Source: Gemmatimonadales bacterium
GTDB taxonomy: Bacteria > Gemmatimonadota > Gemmatimonadetes > Gemmatimonadales > GWC2-71-9
Reading direction: 5' to 3'
DNA length: 25,066 nt
NCBI GenBank assembly: GCA_035286985.1
Contig: DATECI010000064.1
Span: forward strand, 1 to 25,066
Part shown: positions 16,823 to 25,066 of the stretch, piece after piece
How the letters are laid out: each line of letters starts with the position of its first letter
Numbering within the stretch: position 1 is the stretch's first letter
Notes under the pieces: model-generated
Databases searched by the model: none
What the model was told of the DNA's origin: nothing
The model's input: only the letters and a program-made list of their open reading frames with translations
Position numbers and translations under genes: made by a program

Positions 16823-17899
16823 TTACGTCCGCACCTTGGCCAGGATGACGACCCCCACGATCAGGAAGAGCGCGTTCGGCGCCCAGGCCGCTGCGACCGG
16901 ATGCATGATCCCCGACGCGCCGACCGCCTGGGCCAGATTGATCATGAGGAGATAGGCGAGCGTGGTGCCCAGGCTGATCGCGATGCCGACGGCGGCGCCG
17001 GCCCGGGGAGCCGACATGGCCAGCGGTGCTCCGAAGAGCGCAATGATGAGGCAGGCGGTCGGCAGGGCCAGCTTGACCGCCTGTTCCACCTCCAGCTTTC
17101 TGGTATCGTTGCCGGAAGCCCGGAGCGACGCGATGTAGCGGCCCAGCTCCCCATAGGTCATCTCCGAATGGTTCTTGGGCTCCACCAGCAGGTCCGGGGG
17201 GGCTTCCCGGAATGCCGGGAGCCGGAGTTCGGCGAAGGTCAGGGTCATGGCCCCACCGCCGGGAGAGAGCACGTGGCTCGCGCCGTTCAGAAAGCTCCAG
17301 CGCCGGAGCTCCGGATCCCACCGGGCGCTGTCGGCGGTGATGGAGTACAGGGGGGCGCTGGAATCGCGCACCGCATGTTCCAGCAGCACCTGCTGCATGA
17401 GGTTTTCGGTCGTGCTGAGTTGGCGGACGGTGTAGACCCAGCCGGTCGCGGCCCGGAAGACGAACGTATACCGGCTGGTCACGCTCCGGGCCTGCCGCTG
17501 CTTCTGAAGCTCCAGCTGGCGGGTCGTGGCCTCGGTGGCCCATTCCCCGATCAGAAAGGCCATGACGGCGGCGATGGCCGAAACCAGGAAGATCGGCCGG
17601 ACCACTCGATGAAAGCTGATGCCGCCGGCCTTGGCAGCCGTGAGCTCAGAATGCCGTGCCAGGGGCCCGACGGTGAACACGGCTGCGAAGAGCGAAGCCG
17701 CCGGCATCATCTGGGCGATGTTCTGGGGCAGGGCATAGACGTAGCTCAACGCGATCGTCCCGGCGCTCAAGTTCTGCTCCAGCAGGCGGCGCAGGTTGTC
17801 GGTGAGCTGGGTCAGAATCGACACGAAGGGCAATCCCACCGCGGTGAGCAGGAAGACCCGGAGCCACTGCCAGAACACGTACCGGGACAGGATTCTCAT
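16823..17899 (-). CDS. lptG: LPS export ABC transporter permease LptG (YjgP/YjgQ family)
   Basis: MRILSRYVFWQWL, ARHSELTAAKAGGISFHRVVRP, a beta-jellyroll periplasmic region, and a C-terminal PxxAAWAPN. 358 aa, second gene of the tandem pair. Confidence 0.88.
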   Translation of the reverse strand: MRILSRYVFWQWLRVFLLTAVGLPFVSILTQLTDNLRRLLEQNLSAGTIALSYVYALPQNIAQMMPAASLFAAVFTVGPLARHSELTAAKAGGISFHRVVRPIFLVSAIAAVMAFLIGEWATEATTRQLELQKQRQARSVTSRYTFVFRAATGWVYTVRQLSTTENLMQQVLLEHAVRDSSAPLYSITADSARWDPELRRWSFLNGASHVLSPGGGAMTLTFAELRLPAFREAPPDLLVEPKNHSEMTYGELGRYIASLRASGNDTRKLEVEQAVKLALPTACLIIALFGAPLAMSAPRAGAAVGIAISLGTTLAYLLMINLAQAVGASGIMHPVAAAWAPNALFLIVGVVILAKVRT

Positions 17900-17903
17900 C
17901 GGC

Positions 17904-19412
17904 TCACTCCGCGCCCCGCCTTCTCCGGGGAAGCCAGCCCAGCAGCCAATCGGTCAAGTCGGCCAGGTCGCCCCCTCGAGTCGACCCGAACTCGCGGTTG
18001 ACTCGGACCAAGCCGAGCGTGCCCGCGAGGAACACGATCAGGTTGGGAAGCCACATCGCGAAAACCGGGTGCACGGTGCCCCGGTCGGCCAGATTCTCCC
18101 CCGCCGTGAGCCCCACGTAGAACACCGAGAAGATCACCAGACTGCCCCCAATGACCAGCCCCATGCCCCCCCGTGGAAACCGGAGCGCCAGGGCAATCCC
18201 GATCAGGACGAAGGTGGTGCAGGCGACCGAGAGGGAGAACTTCTTGTGAATTTCGACCAGGAACTGGTTGACGTCCCGCCGGGCAAACGCTTCGGTGTCG
18301 CGGGCGCTGCTGATGTCGCTGATGGAAGGAGCGACCGCGAGCTGCAGCGGGAGGGAAAGCGGAGCGGTGGTATCGGGTCCGGCGGCCGGCCCCGGAGCGG
18401 GAACCTGTTGAGCGATGGCGTTCCCGGGAAGCAGCAGCCGTCCCATCCAGTCCTCGAACCGTCGCCACCCGGCGCCGCATGCGGCAGGAACGGGCGGGGC
18501 CGAATCGGGGGAGAGCTCGGGCAGCGTTGCCACCCGCAGCTGGGAACGAATCCCGTTTTCGGCGAGCTGCCGGCGGCGAAGCGCGGCCAAGCGGACCTCG
18601 GCGCGCGATCGCTCTACCCGGTCCATCATCTGGCAGGTGGTCATCTCCCGATCGCCTGCCTGGACCTGCCCGAAGCTCTGCCGGAAGGCGTTCTGGACGT
18701 TGCGAACCACGATCGTGTTGGTCTCGAACCGGGTTACGTTGACGGTACCGGGCTCAGCGGTCTTGTACTCGTTGACCCGGCCGAGGTAGAGATGGATCCC
18801 GAGGTCCTGCTCGCCCCGCTCGAAGGTCATGGTGCCGCTGTCGGCGTAGATGACCCGGCGTCCGGTCGGCGGGCTCAAATCGTAGATCACCACCTCCTGC
18901 ATCCGCCCGGTGCCCGGTGCGATCCGGCTGGCGCGGAGGAAATACTGGGAGGGAAGGTTATTGATGGCCTGTTCCTTGAGCGCGAAGGTCGGCTTCTTCT
19001 GCGCGATGTCGCTCTGGAGGTTGAGTAGGCGGAGGTTGCTGCGGGGAAGGACCTGGTCGATGAACAGGAAATTGGTCAGCGACAGCAGGATCCCGGCCAC
19101 CAGCACCGGGCGAAGCATCTGGAGCACACTCACGCCGTTGGCCCGCATGGCGGTGAGCTCGTTGTCGGATCCCATCTGGCTGAAGCCGTAGAGGACCGCG
19201 ACCAGGATTGCCATCGGCAGCGTCAGGGCGACGATGAAGGGAATGAACAGGAGCAGCACTTCCGCAACGACCGAGCCCGGCAATCCTTTGCCCACCAGCT
19301 CCCCCAGGCGCTTGGAGAGCTGGTTCAACATCAGCATGCCGGTTTGGGCGATCCAGGCGAAGAGAAACGGGGCAGCGAGGTTGCTGAGCAGGTGACGGCG
19401 GAGGAGGCGCAT
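17904..19412 (-). CDS. lptF: LPS export ABC transporter permease LptF (YjgP/YjgQ family), with a long periplasmic insertion
   Basis: MGSDNELTAMRANGVSVLQMLRP, VEIHKKFSLSVAC, and HPVFAMWLPN. 502 aa, first gene of the tandem pair. Confidence 0.88.
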   Translation of the reverse strand: MRLLRRHLLSNLAAPFLFAWIAQTGMLMLNQLSKRLGELVGKGLPGSVVAEVLLLFIPFIVALTLPMAILVAVLYGFSQMGSDNELTAMRANGVSVLQMLRPVLVAGILLSLTNFLFIDQVLPRSNLRLLNLQSDIAQKKPTFALKEQAINNLPSQYFLRASRIAPGTGRMQEVVIYDLSPPTGRRVIYADSGTMTFERGEQDLGIHLYLGRVNEYKTAEPGTVNVTRFETNTIVVRNVQNAFRQSFGQVQAGDREMTTCQMMDRVERSRAEVRLAALRRRQLAENGIRSQLRVATLPELSPDSAPPVPAACGAGWRRFEDWMGRLLLPGNAIAQQVPAPGPAAGPDTTAPLSLPLQLAVAPSISDISSARDTEAFARRDVNQFLVEIHKKFSLSVACTTFVLIGIALALRFPRGGMGLVIGGSLVIFSVFYVGLTAGENLADRGTVHPVFAMWLPNLIVFLAGTLGLVRVNREFGSTRGGDLADLTDWLLGWLPRRRRGAE

Positions 19413-19426
19413 GGGGAACTAGAAAC

Positions 19427-19463
19427 GTCAACGGTCAACGGTCAACAGTCAACGGGAAAAGCC
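19427..19463. repeat. Tandem-heptamer element, copy D (single clear arm), in the lptF 5' leader / divergent lptF-M28 region
   Basis: GTCAACG-GTCAACG-GTCAACA-GTCAACG-GGAAAAGCC. Only a short degenerate CTTCCGTT remnant of a right arm follows. Confidence 0.82.
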
Positions 19464-19540
19464 TTTCGGGCGGGATGCCCTTCCGTTCGCGGGCGACCGG
19501 GCCCTTACTTTGGGGTCCCCTTTTCGGTCGGCGCTCGCCC

Positions 19541-20434
19541 ATGCGATTGGTAACCGTTGGTTTGACGCTCCTCGCCGGCTGTGGCCAGGATGCCATTCCG
19601 CCCCGGGAATTCGACGGGGCTGGAGCCTTTCGATACGTCGAGACCCAGCTCGGATTCGGCCCTCGGATTCCGGGCACCACCGGGCACCAGCGAATGGCGG
19701 CCTGGCTCGATAGTCTGCTCCGGCTCCGGGCCGACAGCGTAGTTGTCCAGCGCTGGGTCCACGTGACCGCGCGGGGCGATTCTCTCCGGTTGGTGAATCT
19801 CATCGCGCGGTTCAATCCTGCGGCCCAAACCCGACTCCTTTTCCTGGCCCATTGGGACACCCGGCCAAAGGCGGACGGGTTCGGGAGTCGCGACACCGCG
19901 GCTGCCGTCCCCGGCGCCAACGATGGCGCTTCCGGCGTTGCCATTCTGCTCGGGATGGCCGACGTGCTCAGGCAAACGCCGCCTGCGATCGGGGTGGACC
20001 TTTTGTTCGTCGATGGGGAGGATTACGGCGACTTCGGACGGGACGAAGACGTCCTGCTTGGCTCCCGCTATTACGCCGGGCATCAGCTCCCGGGCTCGAC
20101 GCCGCGCTTTGCCGTGCTGTTCGACATGGTGGGCGACAAGGACCTCCGGATTCCGCCGGAGGGATACTCCCAAACGGCGGCCGCCGACGTCGTCGATCTG
20201 GTGTGGGACGTGGCCAGGCGGATCGGCCATGGCAACGTTTTCGTCCCCGAGGGTGGAGGCCCGCTCAACGACGATCACGTTCCGCTGCAGCAGGCGGGCA
20301 TTCGCGCAATCGACGTCATCGATTTCACCTACCCGTGGCATCACACCCCCGACGACACCCTCGACAAGGTGAGCCCGGCGAGCCTGCAAGTGGTGGGTGA
20401 TGTAGGCCTGGCTCTGGTCAGGCGGAAGTGGTAG
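19541..20434 (+). CDS. M28 family zinc peptidase / glutaminyl-cyclase-like lipoprotein
   Basis: Likely start MRLVTVGLTLLAGC (lipobox LAGC, Cys14). Ligand motifs LAHWDTRP, GANDGASG, DGEDYG, LFDMVG, DDHVP and WHHTPDD. Confidence 0.88.
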   Translation: MRLVTVGLTLLAGCGQDAIPPREFDGAGAFRYVETQLGFGPRIPGTTGHQRMAAWLDSLLRLRADSVVVQRWVHVTARGDSLRLVNLIARFNPAAQTRLLFLAHWDTRPKADGFGSRDTAAAVPGANDGASGVAILLGMADVLRQTPPAIGVDLLFVDGEDYGDFGRDEDVLLGSRYYAGHQLPGSTPRFAVLFDMVGDKDLRIPPEGYSQTAAADVVDLVWDVARRIGHGNVFVPEGGGPLNDDHVPLQQAGIRAIDVIDFTYPWHHTPDDTLDKVSPASLQVVGDVGLALVRRKW

Positions 20435-20511
20435 CTCGGTAACGCGGTTTTCCGCTTCCTTTCGCGCTGATTGGTTTGGCAGGTTGAGCGGGTCGCGGGC
20501 CATCGTGAGGC

Positions 20512-21171
20512 ATGCCGGAAAAACGTGCCGTACTCTTCTTGCTCGGCCTGGCCGTGGCCGGGCAGGGGGCCCGGCTGCTGCTTCAACAACCCGCCGAGCC
20601 GCCGGGGGAACTACTCGGGGAAGGCGGAGCCGGTTCCGATCCGGCGAGCCACCTGGCCCGGGTGCGGCGCCTGAGCCGCCCCTTGGCAACCGGGGAGTCG
20701 GTGGATGTGAATACGGCGCCTGCGGAAGAGATCGCCCGGCTCCCCAGGATTGGCATGTCCCTGGCAAAGCGTCTGGTTGCCTACCGGACGGCCAACGGAC
20801 CCTTCCGGTCACGGGGCGACTTGGATCGGGTTCCGGGGGTGGGCCCTGTACTCCTCAGTCAATTCGAGGGCCAGGTGCGCTTCGGGGGGGATACGGGGGG
20901 GGCACTTTCTCCCCGGGGAATGGACCTAAATCGCCGGACGGCCTCAAGTTACGAGACCACGCGCGGCAGGGCTGGCAACCGCGTGAATCTCAATTCGGGG
21001 GATGAGGCGGACCTCGTTGCACTTCCGGGGGTCGGTCCGGTCCGGGCCCGCGCAATTCTGGCATATCGCCGGGAGAAGGGGCCATTCGCCGCAGTGTCCG
21101 ATCTTCGAGCGGTCCCAGGCTTTGGCCAAGCGCTGGTGGCCCGGCTGGCACCACTTGTGGTGGTGAGATGA
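20512..21171 (+). CDS. comEA: ComEA-like DNA-binding protein with an N-terminal TM anchor and two helix-hairpin-helix modules
   Basis: TM AVLFLLGLAVAG. Module 1: VDVNTAPAEEIARLPRIGMSLAKRLVAYRTANGPFRSRGDLDRVPGVG. Module 2: VNLNSGDEADLVALPGVGPVRARAILAYRREKGPFAAVSDLRAVPGFG. Confidence 0.85.
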   Translation: MPEKRAVLFLLGLAVAGQGARLLLQQPAEPPGELLGEGGAGSDPASHLARVRRLSRPLATGESVDVNTAPAEEIARLPRIGMSLAKRLVAYRTANGPFRSRGDLDRVPGVGPVLLSQFEGQVRFGGDTGGALSPRGMDLNRRTASSYETTRGRAGNRVNLNSGDEADLVALPGVGPVRARAILAYRREKGPFAAVSDLRAVPGFGQALVARLAPLVVVR

Positions 21172-21211
21172 GGCGTGCGGCTCGACCGGCAAGAAAGGGA
21201 ACCACGCAAGC

Positions 21212-22933
21212 ATGACGATGGTGGCGGTGGCGGCCGAACGGCTCGGCGACCTTCTCGTGAGCGAGGGGTTGCTGTCGCCTGAATTGCTCCAGCAGGCTTT
21301 GACCGAGCATCGCGCGACCGGGATGCCGCTGGGGTTCGTCGTCGCCAAGCAGGGTCTGGTATCCGAGGTGGAGGTGACCAGGCTGGTTGCACGCCAGCTC
21401 CGGGTGCCGGCGGTCGATCTCTCCCATTTCGAGGTGGACTCCAGGATTCTCCGGCTCATTCCCGCCGACATCGCGAAGCGCCATCTGGTGCTCCCCCTGA
21501 AGCGCGACGGACGGACCCTCACGGTGGCGATGGGGAATCCTACCGACCAGATCCTGCTGCAGGAGCTCCGGTTCATCACCCGGTTCGATCTCTTTCCGGT
21601 CTTCGCGGGAGAGCTCACGCTACGGAGCCTGATCGACAAGTATTACGACGCGAGCGACCAGCAGCTCCAGGCCATTCTCAAGGATATGGAGGGGCTCGGG
21701 GATGAAGTGGAGGTGCTGGACGAGCGGGAGGAAGAACCAGCCCCCGAGCCGGTTCAGATCGACGACGTGCCGGTGGTCAAGCTCATCAACGGGCTGCTCA
21801 CCGATGCAGTGCAGCGGGGCGCGAGCGACATCCACCTCGAACCGATGGAGAATGAAATCCGGGTCCGCTACCGGATCGACGGCGCGTTGCAGGAGGTCAT
21901 GAAGCCGCCGGTCCGGATGAAGGCGGCGCTGATTTCGCGGGTCAAGATCCTCTCCCAGCTCAATATCGCAGAGCGGCGGATGCCCCAGGACGGCCGGCTC
22001 AAGCTCAAGATGGGGAGCCGGGTGGTGAATTTCCGGGTCTCGACGCTGCCATGCCTGTTCGGTGAGAAGATCGTGCTCCGGATCCTGGACCGGGGCAACC
22101 TGACGCTCGACCTTTCCACTTTCGGGTTCGAGCCCAGGGCTGAGGCAGACCTCCTCCAGGCGATTCTCAATCCCTACGGCATGGTCCTGGTAACCGGGCC
22201 CACCGGCTCGGGAAAGACCACGACGCTGTATTCAGCGCTGCAGCGAATCAACACGCTGGACCGCAACATCATGACCGCCGAGGACCCGATCGAGTACCAC
22301 CTGCACGGGATCAATCAGCTGCAGGTCAAGACCGACATCGGGCTGACGTTCGCCGCGGCGCTCCGGGCTTTCCTCCGGCAGGATCCCAACGTGATCATGA
22401 TCGGGGAAATCCGTGACCTGGAAACCGCGGGGATCGCGGTGAAGGCTGCATTGACGGGTCACCTGGTTCTTTCCACCTTGCATACCAACGATGCCCCGAG
22501 TACGGTGACCCGCCTCCTCGACATGGGCGTCGAGGCCTTCAACGTATCGGCAGCGGTCAATCTTGTCGTGGCCCAGCGGCTGGTGCGGCGGATCTGCCGG
22601 GACTGCCGGACTCCGGTGACCTACCGAGCCGAGGAACTCCGGGCGCTGGTCGGGCCGGGCATGACTCTTGATCAAGTGGCTTCGATTGCTTTTTCCCGGG
22701 GTCGCGGTTGTGAGGCTTGTGGCGGCACCGGCTACCGGGGCCGGGCCGGGCTTTTCGAGGTGATGGCGATGTCCCCGGAGCTCCGGCGGATGGTGTTGCG
22801 AAACGCTTCCGTAGCGGAGCTCCGCGAACAGGGCATCGGGGAAGGGATGCTCACCCTGCGTGCCAACGGGCTCCTGAAGCTGGAACAGGGGGTTACGACT
22901 CTGGAAGAGGTCATCAAGGAGACCGCGGCATGA
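21212..22933 (+). CDS. pilB: Type IV pilus assembly ATPase PilB (GspE/PulE family) with an N-terminal MshEN-like motif
   Basis: ASDIHLEP, RMPQDGR, Walker A GPTGSGKTTTLY, TAEDPIEY, LRQDPNVIMIGEIRD, GHLVLSTLHTND, and tetra-Cys CRDC...CEAC. Followed by pilT and pilC. Confidence 0.95.
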   Translation: MTMVAVAAERLGDLLVSEGLLSPELLQQALTEHRATGMPLGFVVAKQGLVSEVEVTRLVARQLRVPAVDLSHFEVDSRILRLIPADIAKRHLVLPLKRDGRTLTVAMGNPTDQILLQELRFITRFDLFPVFAGELTLRSLIDKYYDASDQQLQAILKDMEGLGDEVEVLDEREEEPAPEPVQIDDVPVVKLINGLLTDAVQRGASDIHLEPMENEIRVRYRIDGALQEVMKPPVRMKAALISRVKILSQLNIAERRMPQDGRLKLKMGSRVVNFRVSTLPCLFGEKIVLRILDRGNLTLDLSTFGFEPRAEADLLQAILNPYGMVLVTGPTGSGKTTTLYSALQRINTLDRNIMTAEDPIEYHLHGINQLQVKTDIGLTFAAALRAFLRQDPNVIMIGEIRDLETAGIAVKAALTGHLVLSTLHTNDAPSTVTRLLDMGVEAFNVSAAVNLVVAQRLVRRICRDCRTPVTYRAEELRALVGPGMTLDQVASIAFSRGRGCEACGGTGYRGRAGLFEVMAMSPELRRMVLRNASVAELREQGIGEGMLTLRANGLLKLEQGVTTLEEVIKETAA

Positions 22934-24057
22934 CGCTCAATTTGCGGGCGCTGCTGGTGGAGATGATCGAGCGGGAAGCCTCCGATCTTCACATCACGGC
23001 CGGAGAGCGGGCCAAGCTCCGGATTGACGGCGAGATGGCCAACGCTTCGGCCGAGGAGGTGCTCACCCCCAAGGACACTCTGCACCTGGTCTACTCTGTT
23101 CTCACCGAAAACCAGAAGAAGCGTTTCGAGTTGGAGGACGAGCTGGATTTTTCGTTCGGGATCGAGAACCTGGCCCGGTTCCGCGGCAACGTGTTCAAGC
23201 AGCGGGGCTGCGTGGCGATGGTGCTCCGGATGATTCCCTTCAGCGTGCGGACCCTGGACGAGCTCAGGCTGCCTCCGATCGCCAACAAACTGATGGAGCG
23301 GCCCCGCGGGCTCATTCTGGTGACCGGGCCGACTGGTTCGGGCAAGTCCACCACTCTGGCGGCCATGCTCGATTTGCTCAACAAGACTCGCCGAGGCCAC
23401 ATCATCACGGTCGAGGATCCGATCGAGTTTATCCACCGCCACCAGGGATGCCTCGTCAATCAGCGGGAAATCGGTACCGATACGAAGAGCTTTGCGAGCG
23501 CGCTCAAGTACGCGCTTCGGGAAGACCCCGACATCATTCTGGTCGGTGAGCTCCGCGATCTGGAGACGATCGCCTCGGCGCTCACCATTGCCGAGACCGG
23601 CCACCTGGTGCTGGCCACGCTGCACACCAACTCGGCGGCGGAGTCTATCAACCGGATCATCGACGTCTTTCCCTCCACCCAGCAATCCCAGGTGCGGGCC
23701 CAGCTCGCCTTCGTGCTGGAGGGGGTGATCACCCAGGCCCTGGTGCAGCAGGTAGCCGGGAAGGGCCGGACGCTGGCCTGCGAGGTGATGGTGGCGACCC
23801 CCGCGATCCGGGCGCTGATCCGGGACGACAAGGTCCACCAGATCTATTCGGCGCTCCAGGCCGGGAAGAAGCATGGGATGCAAACCATGACGCATTCCCT
23901 TTTCCAGCTGTACCTGAACCGGGAAGTCAGCCGGGAGGAATGCCTCCGGGTGGCCCACGATGCCAATGAATTCCTCCGCGCGGTGGGCGAGAAGCCCGTC
24001 GAAGAGATGCCGATCGCCCCGGTGGAGAAGCCTGCGGCGCCGCTGCTGCGCCGGTAA
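22930..24057 (+). CDS. pilT: Type IV pilus retraction ATPase PilT
   Basis: Start ATG 22930 (ATGA overlap with pilB). ASDLHI, RFRGNVF, GPTGSGKSTTLAAM, TVEDPIEF, LREDPDIILVGELRD, GHLVLATLHT, and AIRALIRD (PilT AIRNLIRE-like). Confidence 0.95.
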   Translation: MTLNLRALLVEMIEREASDLHITAGERAKLRIDGEMANASAEEVLTPKDTLHLVYSVLTENQKKRFELEDELDFSFGIENLARFRGNVFKQRGCVAMVLRMIPFSVRTLDELRLPPIANKLMERPRGLILVTGPTGSGKSTTLAAMLDLLNKTRRGHIITVEDPIEFIHRHQGCLVNQREIGTDTKSFASALKYALREDPDIILVGELRDLETIASALTIAETGHLVLATLHTNSAAESINRIIDVFPSTQQSQVRAQLAFVLEGVITQALVQQVAGKGRTLACEVMVATPAIRALIRDDKVHQIYSALQAGKKHGMQTMTHSLFQLYLNREVSREECLRVAHDANEFLRAVGEKPVEEMPIAPVEKPAAPLLRR

Positions 24058-24071
24058 AGGAGTAGCCGACG

Positions 24072-25066
24072 ATGGGAATGTTCGAGTACACCGCCAAACA
24101 CGGAAGCACCGGGCAGATTCTCAAGGGCACCATGGACGTGCCGACCCGGGACGAGGTCATCGCCTTCATCCGGAAGAACCGGATGATTCTGGTGAGTGTC
24201 CGGGAGGCGCCCACCCAGGTCCGGTTGCCGGCCATGCGGAAGAAGGTCAGCACTCGGGATGTGGTGATCTTCACCCGGCAATTCGCGACCATGATCAATG
24301 CCGGACTCCCGCTGGTGCAGTCCCTGAACATTCTGGCCCAGCAGGCCGAGAACAAGACTCTGAAGGACATCACCCGGGCGGTCGTGTACGACGTAGAAGC
24401 CGGCAATACCCTGGCCGATGCGATGCGCAAGCACCCGAAGGCGTTCACCGATCTCTACGTCAACATGGTGGCTGCGGGCGAAGCGGGCGGCATTCTCGAC
24501 ACCATCTTGCTGCGGTTGGCCACCTTCCTGGAAAAGAACGACGCCCTAGTCCGCAAGGTGAAGGGCGCGATGGTCTACCCTGCGGTCATCATGAGCGTCG
24601 CGGTGATCGCGGTGGCGGTCCTGCTCCTCGCGGTGATCCCGACGTTTTCCTCGATGTTCGCCTCAGTGAACATGGAGCTTCCGCTCCCCACCCGGATCGT
24701 GATGGGAGCATCACAATTCCTGCTGCGGTTCTGGTGGGCCCTGATCGCCGGCGCCGTGCTCCTCGGATTCGCGGGACGGGCCTATTACCGGACTCCGAAT
24801 GGGCGCCGGGTGGTGGACGGGGCGATGCTGCGGGGGCCGATCCTCGGCGACCTCTTGCGGAAATCCGCGGTTTCCCGGTTTACCCGGACGCTCGGGACCC
24901 TGATTTCCTCCGGAGTGTCGATCCTCGACGGGCTCGAGATCACCGCCAAGACCGCGGGCAACGCGATCATCGAGGACGCCATCATGTTCGTGCGGAAGGG
25001 CGTCGAGACCGGTCTCACGATCGCGCAGCCGCTGAAGGAGACGAACATCTTCCCCTCGATGGTGGT
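24072..25066 (+). CDS. pilC: Type IV pilus platform protein PilC (GspF/T2SSF family); truncated at the right edge
   Basis: Not in the ORF track (no stop in the window). AAGGAG SD at 24057-24062 and ATG at 24072: MGMFEYTAKHGSTGQILKG...IFTRQFATMINAGLPLVQSL...HPKAFTDLYVNMVAAGEAGGILDTILLRLA...KVKGAMVYP...RFTRTLGTLISSGVSILDGL...FPSMV. Confidence 0.95.
   Translation, partial: MGMFEYTAKHGSTGQILKGTMDVPTRDEVIAFIRKNRMILVSVREAPTQVRLPAMRKKVSTRDVVIFTRQFATMINAGLPLVQSLNILAQQAENKTLKDITRAVVYDVEAGNTLADAMRKHPKAFTDLYVNMVAAGEAGGILDTILLRLATFLEKNDALVRKVKGAMVYPAVIMSVAVIAVAVLLLAVIPTFSSMFASVNMELPLPTRIVMGASQFLLRFWWALIAGAVLLGFAGRAYYRTPNGRRVVDGAMLRGPILGDLLRKSAVSRFTRTLGTLISSGVSILDGLEITAKTAGNAIIEDAIMFVRKGVETGLTIAQPLKETNIFPSMV

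Noticed and set aside
22732-23958. 408-aa minus-strand ORF and other antisense ORFs over pilB/pilT/pilC
   Set aside because: Antisense shadows of well-supported pil genes.

Overview
High-GC chromosomal window with tightly packed housekeeping, envelope and accessory genes. No mobile element, CRISPR array or RNA gene was recognisable. The gene mix (Oar-like TonB-dependent receptor, System I ccm genes, LptF/G, pilB-pilT-pilC) fits a Gram-negative bacterium; Gemmatimonadota is my guess, not something the sequence proves. Gene order: acs (minus strand, runs off the left edge); STAS anti-anti-sigma protein; ccmA-B-C-D, where ccmD is a 37-aa ORF missed by the track and ccmA appears to carry a 1-nt frameshift near its 5' end; a six-gene minus-strand operon in which every junction overlaps (DUF92 membrane protein, geranylgeranyl-reductase-family flavoprotein, flavin reductase, SAM methyltransferase, SRPBCC/cyclase, FabF-like ketosynthase); a divergent V4R/BchJ-like gene coupled to an M24 peptidase; heme o synthase; APC permease; TonB-dependent receptor; lptG and lptF; M28 lipoprotein; comEA-like gene; pilB, pilT, pilC (runs off the right edge). 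The best leads are (1) the six-gene operon, a candidate uncharacterised lipid/polyketide-prenyl pathway; (2) a recurrent intergenic element of tandem heptamers (GTCAACG/GTGAACG) set as inverted arms between convergent genes and invading their 3' ends; (3) the ccmA frameshift; (4) the BchJ-like protein near heme genes. All protein-family calls come from motif recognition by eye; no searches were run.
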